From a virus (taxonomy: Duplodnaviria > Caudoviricetes), in IMG/VR virus record IMGVR_UViG_3300025674_000055, positions 1-54,122 of that record: 54,122 bases of DNA; one strand, given 5' to 3'. Every line of letters begins with the position of its first letter. Position 1 is the stretch's first letter. The position numbers and the translations under genes were made by a program. Positions 27,877 to 34,673 of the stretch are shown here, piece after piece. The notes beneath the pieces are model-generated. The model saw only the letters and a list, made by a program, of their open reading frames with translations. It ran no database searches and was not told the origin of the DNA.

Positions 27877-28353
27877 TCATTCATCCTCATCTTCACTGAT
27901 GTATTCCAGATGATTAAAGTATTCATCTTCCAGATTACAAGTGTCAATAACGTCCTGTGGAATATCCTCTCGCCATGACGTATCGTTGAAGTCAATTTCA
28001 TAGAAGCAATCTTCACTGTCTGCATACACACCAGCAAAGCACATGCCGGGTTCGTAGTAGTATGCAGTCACAGAGATGCCAAGCCGTTCTTCACCTTTCA
28101 TGTAGGCACCGATAGGTGGAGACCATGCAGAGTCAAAGCTAAGTGTTAGTTCCTGTGTCTCAGGATTAAGTTCCCAATCCACAGCGGACACATCCCACTT
28201 GGTTCCCCATGTTTCCACGGCAGTGTCATACTCCCACTCACCAATAGGTGCTAGGTATTCCAGTAGGCGGTTCTCCTTCACCGCCTCTGCAATGGCTTCC
28301 AGTGTGGCGTAATCGCCAGTGATTGTGGCAGTGTTCATGCACCAGTTAGGCAT
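27877..28353 (-). CDS. DUF1281 / YubB ferredoxin-like protein
   Basis: MPNWC.N, WGTKWD, FDSAWSPP, YYEPG..FAG. Confidence 0.85.
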   Translation of the reverse strand: MPNWCMNTATITGDYATLEAIAEAVKENRLLEYLAPIGEWEYDTAVETWGTKWDVSAVDWELNPETQELTLSFDSAWSPPIGAYMKGEERLGISVTAYYYEPGMCFAGVYADSEDCFYEIDFNDTSWREDIPQDVIDTCNLEDEYFNHLEYISEDEDE

Positions 28354-28364
28354 AGTGTCTCTCC

Positions 28365-28589
28365 TTATCCAGCAAAGTGAAACAGCTTACGCTGAGACTT
28401 GGGGTTACGTTCAACATACAAGCTGAACTTGCCAACGTGATGTGCAGTCATACACTCGTCACGCTTGAACAGCTTGAAGCCACGAGACTTGTGCTTACGC
28501 TTACGCACCAGACCCTTGAGGCCAAGCACATTGAAGCGGAAACCTTTGGTGGTGTCGTTGAGAGGCTTAGTTGCGACGATGATAAACAT
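28365..28589 (-). CDS. Hypothetical basic protein
   Basis: AAGGAG RBS. Confidence 0.75.
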   Translation of the reverse strand: MFIIVATKPLNDTTKGFRFNVLGLKGLVRKRKHKSRGFKLFKRDECMTAHHVGKFSLYVERNPKSQRKLFHFAG

Positions 28590-28601
28590 GTGTAGTTCTC
28601 C

Positions 28602-28967
28602 TTATGCTGCGTAGGTAGTAGGGGTGAAGTCAATTTGTTGCCAGCCATATGAACAGCAGGCATATGCTTTCTCAGCCTCTATGTCAACGAGCACATCGCC
28701 AACAGACATAGAGTAGGCATGACGAAACTTTTCAATGCGAGACTTGCTATTGCTAGGGTAGCCATTGCCAACATTAAAGGCTTCTTCAATGTCATGGGCA
28801 GCAATCAGTGCCACCAACTTGTATAGGTTGAACACACAGGCTGCATCGACAGGCTTCTGTGCCTCTCCATCACGCAGCAGCATGGTGTCAAACTTGATGT
28901 CACGAAACACTTGCGTCTGAATTTGCTGAGTGTTCAGTTTGATCTGATACAGAAGATAGCTAGGCAT
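28602..28967 (-). CDS. Hypothetical protein
   Basis: SMSVGDV motif; AAGG RBS before MPSY. Confidence 0.7.
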   Translation of the reverse strand: MPSYLLYQIKLNTQQIQTQVFRDIKFDTMLLRDGEAQKPVDAACVFNLYKLVALIAAHDIEEAFNVGNGYPSNSKSRIEKFRHAYSMSVGDVLVDIEAEKAYACCSYGWQQIDFTPTTYAA

Positions 28968-29148
28968 TGGATAGTTCCTTTTCAATAAGTCTGGTTTCAC
29001 ATTCACAATCAACGCAATGACTTACGTCATAGGTGGCAGCAAGTGTCCATTTCTGTTCTTCAACAGACCACATGGCATAGGCATCAAGCATAACATTGTC
29101 ACTGCCACAGTGCTTACAAACTATCGTGACTTTACTATCAGACATCAT
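28960..29148 (-). CDS. Small Zn-finger protein
   Basis: CKHCGS...CVDC. Confidence 0.7.
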   Translation of the reverse strand: MMSDSKVTIVCKHCGSDNVMLDAYAMWSVEEQKWTLAATYDVSHCVDCECETRLIEKELSNA

Positions 29149-29279
29149 GCAACCTTTCGTGCTTGTTGTTTCTGTTTACGTGCAATCTTGCGATCACGTT
29201 TCCAGTCATCACGTTTCTCAGTTTTAGGTCCAACATTGGACTTAGCAAACTTAATAAAGTTTTTCATCTCGTAACGCAT
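29145..29279 (-). CDS. Small basic protein (44 aa; not in ORF track)
   Basis: Hand translation MRYEMKNFIKFAKSNVGPKTEKRDDWKRDRKIARKQKQQARKVA; AAGG RBS. Confidence 0.7.
   Translation of the reverse strand: MRYEMKNFIKFAKSNVGPKTEKRDDWKRDRKIARKQKQQARKVA
29224..29245. repeat. Early-region palindrome, copy 2
   Basis: TTAG-GTCCAACATTGGAC-TTAG. Confidence 0.95.
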
Positions 29280-29403
29280 TTTGCTTTTCCTTCTTCGTCA
29301 ACTTGCGTTTGTTACCCTTCTTGGGCGGTATGACCTGTGGGGCTTTGCGCTCTTGCAGCATAGCCTTTGCCACAGGATTTACAATCCCCACTTTGATCTT
29401 CAT
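29251..29403 (-). CDS. Small basic hypothetical protein
   Basis: NPVAKAM...QVIPPKKG; GAGG RBS. Confidence 0.65.
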   Translation of the reverse strand: MKIKVGIVNPVAKAMLQERKAPQVIPPKKGNKRKLTKKEKQNALRDEKLY

Positions 29404-29404
29404 A

Positions 29405-29647
29405 TCACATACACCTCTCTGCTGCGATAAACTTGCGTAGCCAATCTGTGGCATTAGACTTTGAGTAAACCTCTATCTTAGGAGGAGCGCCTACAAACTT
29501 ACTAGAACGAGGGTTATACTTTTCTTCTAGGCTGCGGCATCTCCAATGCAGTCCATCAAGGGAATAGGCGTATGCTAGCATAGTTCCGTTATCCCAAACT
29601 GACATCTCCCACTTAGGAAAAAGGTCGAGTAATCCGTGATGTTTCAT
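29405..29647 (-). CDS. Hypothetical protein
   Basis: GGAG RBS, tight packing. Confidence 0.6.
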   Translation of the reverse strand: MKHHGLLDLFPKWEMSVWDNGTMLAYAYSLDGLHWRCRSLEEKYNPRSSKFVGAPPKIEVYSKSNATDWLRKFIAAERCM

Positions 29648-29648
29648 A

Positions 29649-30347
29649 TCAGTGCTCCGACAAATGCACTACCACAGTGCGGTTGATAGTTTTCTGTGAG
29701 AAACAGCCAGCCTTGCAGACAGCACAGTGTCCAGCCATTTTCTTCCATGTCTTAGGACACTTGAACATGTCCTTGCCTTTGGGGTCAACAGTGCGAGTGT
29801 CATCCCCATAGAACATGATGTTCCAGCCAGCATCCTGCATCATCTGCCACTCATCATCCGTGTTGGATGGATCGAATGACGCATTGATTGCACAATTGGG
29901 TAGGGTCATCAATTCGATTTCAATCAAGCTGCGAAGCATGACATTGCGCCACGCTCTCGTGGGTATCCACCACAGTGTGTCAGGTGTAGCCTCACACATA
30001 GCCTTGATGCGATACACATCTTCGATGGAACTGATAGCCTCACCACGTGTCATGTGACGCACTCGTTTGGTCTGCTTACGCTTCTTGTCCAGCCAAGCTT
30101 TGACACTCTGCATGGACTGCACAGACAGTTTCTGCCAGATCGTCTCACAACGATCATCACGCTTAGCCATGTTCTTATACATACGATACAGCTTGACGTT
30201 GTAGCAAGTTGCATCGCAGTAGTCAGTGCGGTGCACACAAGTGCCTTTGTGGTTCTCCGTGTCATTGATGGGGCGGTCACTGGCATACATACCAATGTCA
30301 TCGCAGAAACGAAATAGGTCATTCAGTTCGGCAGTAGAGACAGTCAT
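29649..30347 (-). CDS. GP88-like (radical-SAM-related) Fe-S protein
   Basis: TC-x6-C-x3-CY motif, VRHMTRGE, WIPTR, C-terminal CP...C..C...C. Confidence 0.7.
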   Translation of the reverse strand: MTVSTAELNDLFRFCDDIGMYASDRPINDTENHKGTCVHRTDYCDATCYNVKLYRMYKNMAKRDDRCETIWQKLSVQSMQSVKAWLDKKRKQTKRVRHMTRGEAISSIEDVYRIKAMCEATPDTLWWIPTRAWRNVMLRSLIEIELMTLPNCAINASFDPSNTDDEWQMMQDAGWNIMFYGDDTRTVDPKGKDMFKCPKTWKKMAGHCAVCKAGCFSQKTINRTVVVHLSEH

Positions 30348-30363
30348 GGTGTCACCTTTGGTG

Positions 30364-30385
30364 TTAGGTCCAACGTTGGACTTAA
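30364..30385. repeat. Early-region palindrome, copy 3 (intergenic, just upstream of the GP88-like RBS)
   Basis: TTAG-GTCCAACGTTGGAC-TTAA. Confidence 0.95.
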
Positions 30386-30410
30386 GGTTTCAGTGTTAAT
30401 GTATATACAT

Positions 30411-30448
30411 GTTATATAACACTTTCATAAATTCAAGTGTTATATAAC
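30411..30448. repeat. 14-bp AT-rich inverted repeat
   Basis: GTTATATAACACTT-N10-AAGTGTTATATAAC. Confidence 0.9.
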
Positions 30449-30468
30449 TGTAATACTATTAAATGTCA

Positions 30469-30630
30469 TCAATGGGGAAAATACCACTGAACATGGTATC
30501 CCCCAATGCCGGGGAAGAAAAAGCCAAAGCCATCGAACTCAACATACGTGTAGGGCCACAATGCCGTGATCACAATGGCAAGGCACAGGAACAGGACAAA
30601 CGTAAGTTTGAAGTATAGACGATAGAGCAT
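30469..30630 (-). CDS. Small membrane protein (53 aa; not in ORF track)
   Basis: Hand translation MLYRLYFKLTFVLFLCLAIVITALWPY...; AAGG RBS. Confidence 0.6.
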   Translation of the reverse strand: MLYRLYFKLTFVLFLCLAIVITALWPYTYVEFDGFGFFFPGIGGYHVQWYFPH

Positions 30631-30631
30631 G

Positions 30632-30799
30632 TTACACCTTTTTCAGTTTGGGTTTTCCATTAGGTCCAATGTTGGACTTAGCTTCGATTGCTTGCAATCT
30701 GTTACGCAACTGCGCTGCACGATCCTCAGCAGACACAGGTTTACGTAGCCTAGCACTGCTAGACTTCCAGTTAAATTGCTTATGCAATTTATAGGTCAT
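30632..30799 (-). CDS. Hypothetical basic protein
   Basis: AAGGAG RBS before MTYK. Confidence 0.7.
   Translation of the reverse strand: MTYKLHKQFNWKSSSARLRKPVSAEDRAAQLRNRLQAIEAKSNIGPNGKPKLKKV
30660..30681. repeat. Early-region palindrome, copy 4
   Basis: TTAG-GTCCAATGTTGGAC-TTAG. Confidence 0.95.
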
Positions 30800-30876
30800 C
30801 GGTCGAACACTCCTTCGAACCACATGGCTATAGCCAAAGGTATGCCAAAGCATAGGACAAGCACAAGCACAGTCAT
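30796..30876 (-). CDS. 26-aa hydrophobic peptide (not in ORF track)
   Basis: MTVLVLVLCFGIPLAIAMWFEGVFDR; GAGG RBS; ATGA coupling. Confidence 0.5.
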   Translation of the reverse strand: MTVLVLVLCFGIPLAIAMWFEGVFDR

Positions 30877-30877
30877 G

Positions 30878-31078
30878 TCACACTTCCTCATGAAATTCTG
30901 CATCCCATTCCTCTGGAATGATGCCAGTCATCAGAAACTCACGTTGCTCTGGTGACAAATGTGGCATGGCATCCTGTATAAGCATACCCTCTCGCCATGA
31001 CAGGTATTGGTGCATTGTGATAGGCAGGTCCATCACATGTGTTTTGCCAGTCAGCACAGATTGACGTTCTATACGCAT
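30878..31078 (-). CDS. Conserved phage hypothetical protein
   Basis: LIQDAMPHLS...REFLMTG....EW motif; AAGG RBS. Confidence 0.75.
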   Translation of the reverse strand: MRIERQSVLTGKTHVMDLPITMHQYLSWREGMLIQDAMPHLSPEQREFLMTGIIPEEWDAEFHEEV

Positions 31079-31148
31079 AGTAAAACCTTTCAGGTTTGGG
31101 TTGAACCACCAATACTGCCCCATAAAGGGGCAGCATGAATGGCTGAAC

Positions 31149-31736
31149 TCAGGCAGCTTTGCTGACAGCCTTAGCATTGTCAGCATATTCTGCAAGAATA
31201 TCATCGATGACATCCAGCACATTGATGCCACTTGCTTCGCAAACAGCCTTGAGTTGCTTGACGATATCACCTTTGGTGATGACAGGCTTGGCAGCTTCCT
31301 TAGCTTCGCTATTAGGTCCAACATTGGACTTAGCTTCACCTTTGGTGGAAGCAGCTTCAGCCTTCCCAGTGCCTTCGGCACTTTTACGCATTGCTGCTTG
31401 AAGAGCAGTCAGAGAGGTGAAACCTTTCTTGCTTTCAGCAAGGAATTGGCGGCACTCCTTTTCGTTTTCAACGAACCACAGAGCCTCAGAACGGCGACGT
31501 TTATCCACTATGTGGATTCCACAATCCTTCAGCCTTTGGCTGGAAATACGCTCACCACCCTCAGCCTTCAACTGCTGAAGCAGTTTGCCCAACCGAGTGT
31601 CAAAGCCATCGGCTTTGGTGAAGGCATTGAAACGACGAACATCAGCTTTGCTGATCTGTTTCCATTCTGCTGCCAGAATGAAGCCTTCAGCTTCAAGAGT
31701 GTTGATTTCCGGCTTGTTGATGGTCGAAGTGGTCAT
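31149..31736 (-). CDS. First early gene, hypothetical protein
   Basis: 195 aa, host-like codon use, purine-rich RBS. Confidence 0.8.
   Translation of the reverse strand: MTTSTINKPEINTLEAEGFILAAEWKQISKADVRRFNAFTKADGFDTRLGKLLQQLKAEGGERISSQRLKDCGIHIVDKRRRSEALWFVENEKECRQFLAESKKGFTSLTALQAAMRKSAEGTGKAEAASTKGEAKSNVGPNSEAKEAAKPVITKGDIVKQLKAVCEASGINVLDVIDDILAEYADNAKAVSKAA
31312..31333. repeat. Early-region palindrome, copy 5
   Basis: TTAG-GTCCAACATTGGAC-TTAG. Confidence 0.95.
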
Positions 31737-32039
31737 GGCTTTCTCTTTCTCTATCTGTTGTTACATATAAGAGATATTTTTATCTCTCACAAAAAGTGAG
31801 ATAAAAATAGCTCTATGTAACTTAAACAGATAGAGAGTTAGGGTGGATCGGTCAAGGGGGTCAATCAAATTTGTTTTACAAATTACCTGCAACGTGATCC
31901 TCCGCACGGGTCGTTTCGCATGTGACTGCAAAAAATATATTTCATATATATTTTTGAAGTTCGTGCGTGAAACTCGTGAGACAGCTTGGCTAAGACGACA
32001 GGATGAGTGTGGCATTATTACAACAGTATAACTGTTGGC

Positions 32040-32057
32040 AGGTCCAACGTTGGACTA
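32040..32057. repeat. Early-region palindrome, copy 6 (intergenic)
   Basis: AG-GTCCAACGTTGGAC-TA. Confidence 0.9.
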
Positions 32058-32631
32058 GTCAGTGACCAAAGCCTTCGGCTTAACATGTGATGTGATGTGA
32101 TGACATGTGACCATCGAAGATGGGAGGGTGGTAGTTTATGCATCGACATCGCAACAGTGACCCACCTCACCCCATTGGGGGTGGTGACACAGAAAATACC
32201 ACGGCAACTGATTCTATATCAGTTGTTCACCTTGGCTAAGTCACTGAATCTGTTACAGCTTTGCTGTAGTTGGTGGAAGTGAGGCATTGGTTTTGTTTCA
32301 CCACAGGTCATGACATTGCATTATGCAGGCAATTGTGCAGTGAACAGGGGGTGGGCAGGGGCCAGTGCCGGGTGTGGCGTAGTTGTATATGGCTCTCTAC
32401 ACAGATCAGGAAAAATGTACTGTTAACCACATTACATATATAGTGGTTTACACACAGGCTGGGTTGCTAAATGTGATCACAAATATGGGTGTGTTTGGGT
32501 GCATCTGCGGATATGGTCACTTAAGTGTACACTACTTGTGATCACAAAAGTATGGCAGGTGATGTGCCTGCACAAGTAGCTGTACTGTGGCAACAGTGTC
32601 ACACTAAATTTGTTTCTCACGAAGATATTGC

Positions 32632-32662
32632 TTGACATGGGGTATGAATATGTGTAAAACTA
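32632..32662 (+). promoter_or_regulatory. Sigma70-type promoter
   Basis: TTGACA-N17-TAAAACTA. Confidence 0.65.
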
Positions 32663-32668
32663 TATATA

Positions 32669-32813
32669 ACACTTAAACTAAGATTACACTTAAAGTGCTT
32701 ACATGTACAGTGTACACTTAGATGTTTCTATATACTAACTTAGATATACACTTATCTGTATATAATACTTAGAATGAATAAACACTTAGGTAACACGTAC
32801 AGTGTTACACTTA
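32669..32813 (+). repeat. Array of ACACTTA heptamers
   Basis: Exact copies at 32669, 32686, 32714, 32748, 32782, 32807, plus AACTTAG/TACTTAG variants. Confidence 0.85.
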
Positions 32814-32848
32814 AGTGTACTATCCCTGAAAGGAAGAATACGTATATG

Positions 32849-32882
32849 CCTCGCAGTTTACTGCGGGGAGCTTTGTATTTTT
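32849..32882 (+). terminator. Terminator-like hairpin
   Basis: CCTCGCAG-TTTA-CTGCGGGG followed by AGCTTTGTATTTTT. Confidence 0.55.
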
Positions 32883-32886
32883 ATAG

Positions 32887-33108
32887 TTGACTTCTATGAA
32901 AAAATCAGTAAAACTATATACAGACAATGTTCTTGAAGAATTTTACAAGCATCTAATGGATGGTAATCTTGAGGACTTACATATTCCGCACAGTGATGTA
33001 TTCTACGTGAGAGAAGCAGTAAGTGCGCACTATGGCCGTATCTTTACGTTAGAAGAAGTTGAACGTGCCATGAGACTAGAAGGATGGACAGATGGACATG
33101 AAGAATGA
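32887..33108 (+). CDS. Hypothetical protein (start uncertain)
   Basis: First late-arm ORF; LHIPHSDVFYVR motif. Confidence 0.7.
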   Translation: MTSMKKSVKLYTDNVLEEFYKHLMDGNLEDLHIPHSDVFYVREAVSAHYGRIFTLEEVERAMRLEGWTDGHEE

Positions 33109-33502
33109 CAAGAAGGGTTTGATGGCATCCTTTGTGGTGGGCATGGATATTGCTCCTGACATTGTAGATGCTAAGACCAATGCAAAGAATGCTGAGATGG
33201 TTGTACGTGAGTGGAACCTTGGCCCTGAGACTCCCTCTGAAGTACCCGGTGAGAATGCTGAGTACTGGCGTGATATGGCAGACAGATGGCAGATTGAAGA
33301 GGCAGAGGCACGTAGACGTATGTGTGCTAACTGTGAATACTTCTGCAATACTCCCGGCATGATGATGGCTATGGAAGATATTCCCTTCAACGAAATGGAT
33401 GAAGGTGCAGGTGGCAGAGGTTACTGCAAGAAGTTCTCCTTCATTTGTCATAACCTTCGTACATGTCAGGCATGGGACAAAGGTGACGACTACTATGGCT
33501 AA
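33092..33502 (+). CDS. Cys-rich protein with HiPIP-like spacing
   Basis: CANCEYF...GYC......C....TCQAW. Confidence 0.65.
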   Translation: MDMKNDKKGLMASFVVGMDIAPDIVDAKTNAKNAEMVVREWNLGPETPSEVPGENAEYWRDMADRWQIEEAEARRRMCANCEYFCNTPGMMMAMEDIPFNEMDEGAGGRGYCKKFSFICHNLRTCQAWDKGDDYYG

Positions 33503-33776
33503 AGATCCTAGACTGGAACGTGCAGGTGTCACTGGCTATAACAAGCCTAAGCGTACACCTAATCATCCTACGAAGTCTCATGTGGTTGTAGCCAAAGAAG
33601 GTGATACGATTAAGACCATTCGTTTTGGTCAGCAAGGTGTGACTGGTGCAGGTAAGAATCCACAGTCAGCTAAGGACAAAGCCCGTAAGCGTAGCTACTA
33701 TGCACGGCATAATGCACAAGACCCTAATCCTAGCAAACTATCTGCTCGGTATTGGAGTCACAAGGTCAAATGGTGA
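33495..33776 (+). CDS. Conserved basic phage protein
   Basis: IRFGQQG..ARKRSYYARH..SARYWS..VKW; AAGG RBS. Confidence 0.8.
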   Translation: MAKDPRLERAGVTGYNKPKRTPNHPTKSHVVVAKEGDTIKTIRFGQQGVTGAGKNPQSAKDKARKRSYYARHNAQDPNPSKLSARYWSHKVKW

Positions 33777-33786
33777 GGATACTATA

Positions 33787-34338
33787 ATGGCAGGAATTGG
33801 TAGACTAGCTAGGGGTATTGCAGGCGGAAGCTCACGTACTCCCCGTAGAACACGTCCCGGTAGTGGTGAAAGTGGTAACAGAGGTGATACACCAGAGTTT
33901 GCTGAGCGTGATAGACGTGCCGCTGCAGAGCGTAGTAGAACACGTGCTAACCAAGAGCAGGCTAGAGCGACTGAAAAGCGTGGTGCTATCTCTAATGTTC
34001 CAGTTTCTGCAACATCAGTTAGACGTGCAACGACTATTCAAGAAGTTAATATGCGTAGACGGCAAGTAGAAGACATGCCCGATGGTCGTGGTAAGTCTAT
34101 GCTTCTTGATCTTCTTGATCAAAGAGAGAGACAAATTCGTGCTATGGACACGGCAGATGCTGATCGTGCTTCTCGTCGTAGTGCACAAGCTAACCGTGAT
34201 CGCACAGTCAATACTAAAGAGAACGTGACTCTTCCTTCCATGCCTTTTGCTAAAGGTGGCATGGCTAAGAAGTACAACAAAGGTGGGTACGCTAACTGTG
34301 GTGCCTCTATGAAGCCTGACGGTAAAAGAAGGAAGTAA
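33787..34338 (+). CDS. Arg-rich hypothetical protein with C-terminal KGG motifs
   Basis: GAGG RBS before MAGIG. Confidence 0.75.
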   Translation: MAGIGRLARGIAGGSSRTPRRTRPGSGESGNRGDTPEFAERDRRAAAERSRTRANQEQARATEKRGAISNVPVSATSVRRATTIQEVNMRRRQVEDMPDGRGKSMLLDLLDQRERQIRAMDTADADRASRRSAQANRDRTVNTKENVTLPSMPFAKGGMAKKYNKGGYANCGASMKPDGKRRK

Positions 34339-34341
34339 GAT

Positions 34342-34530
34342 ATGTGGCTAGCTGTCGTAATGTACTGCACCACTCCAGATGTTACGACATGCCAAGTCAT
34401 AGCAAATACTGAGAAACTGTATTACTCTGGGGAAGCATGTATGGCAGATGCCACAGATGTAGAAACTGCAATCCTTCTGCAAATGATGTATGCCAAAGCT
34501 GGATGTTTTAAACTGGGTGAGTCTGTATAA
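34342..34530 (+). CDS. Small Cys-containing hypothetical protein
   Basis: RBS, TAATG coupling. Confidence 0.65.
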   Translation: MWLAVVMYCTTPDVTTCQVIANTEKLYYSGEACMADATDVETAILLQMMYAKAGCFKLGESV

Positions 34531-34673
34531 TGCCTCTTACGAAAAAAGGTGAAAAGGTTAAAGCTGCCATGAAGAAGCAGTATGGTGCCAAGAAAGGTGA
34601 GCAAGTTTTCTATGCCACCGAAAACAAAGGCAAGGTCAAAGGTCTAGTTAAAAAGAAGGCTACTAAAAAGTGA
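34530..34673 (+). CDS. Small basic protein (47 aa; not in ORF track)
   Basis: MPLTKKGEKVKAAMKKQYGAKKGEQVFYATENKG... Confidence 0.75.
   Translation: MPLTKKGEKVKAAMKKQYGAKKGEQVFYATENKGKVKGLVKKKATKK

Larger units (their letters stand above)
31737..32886. other. Divergent non-coding control region (probable genome termini / origin)
   Basis: ~1.15 kb without convincing ORFs between oppositely oriented arms; many hairpins and short repeats. Confidence 0.7.

Noticed and set aside
10134-31736. Phage-encoded single-subunit RNA polymerase or stop-codon reassignment
   Set aside because: No RNAP-sized ORF or motifs; genes are intact under the standard code and neither tRNA is a suppressor
31101-31799. 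232-aa plus-strand ORF, and other long antisense ORFs such as 43561-44091, 47121-47648 and 48303-48884
   Set aside because: Shadows of real genes on the opposite strand; no RBS or recognisable motifs
26911-32057. CRISPR array interpretation of the repeated palindrome
   Set aside because: Spacing is irregular (0.3-2.3 kb), copies lie inside genes and no cas operon is present; the Cas4-like gene is an ordinary phage exonuclease
31761-32282. Short ORFs in the divergent region
   Set aside because: No RBS, atypical composition, overlap with hairpins and repeats
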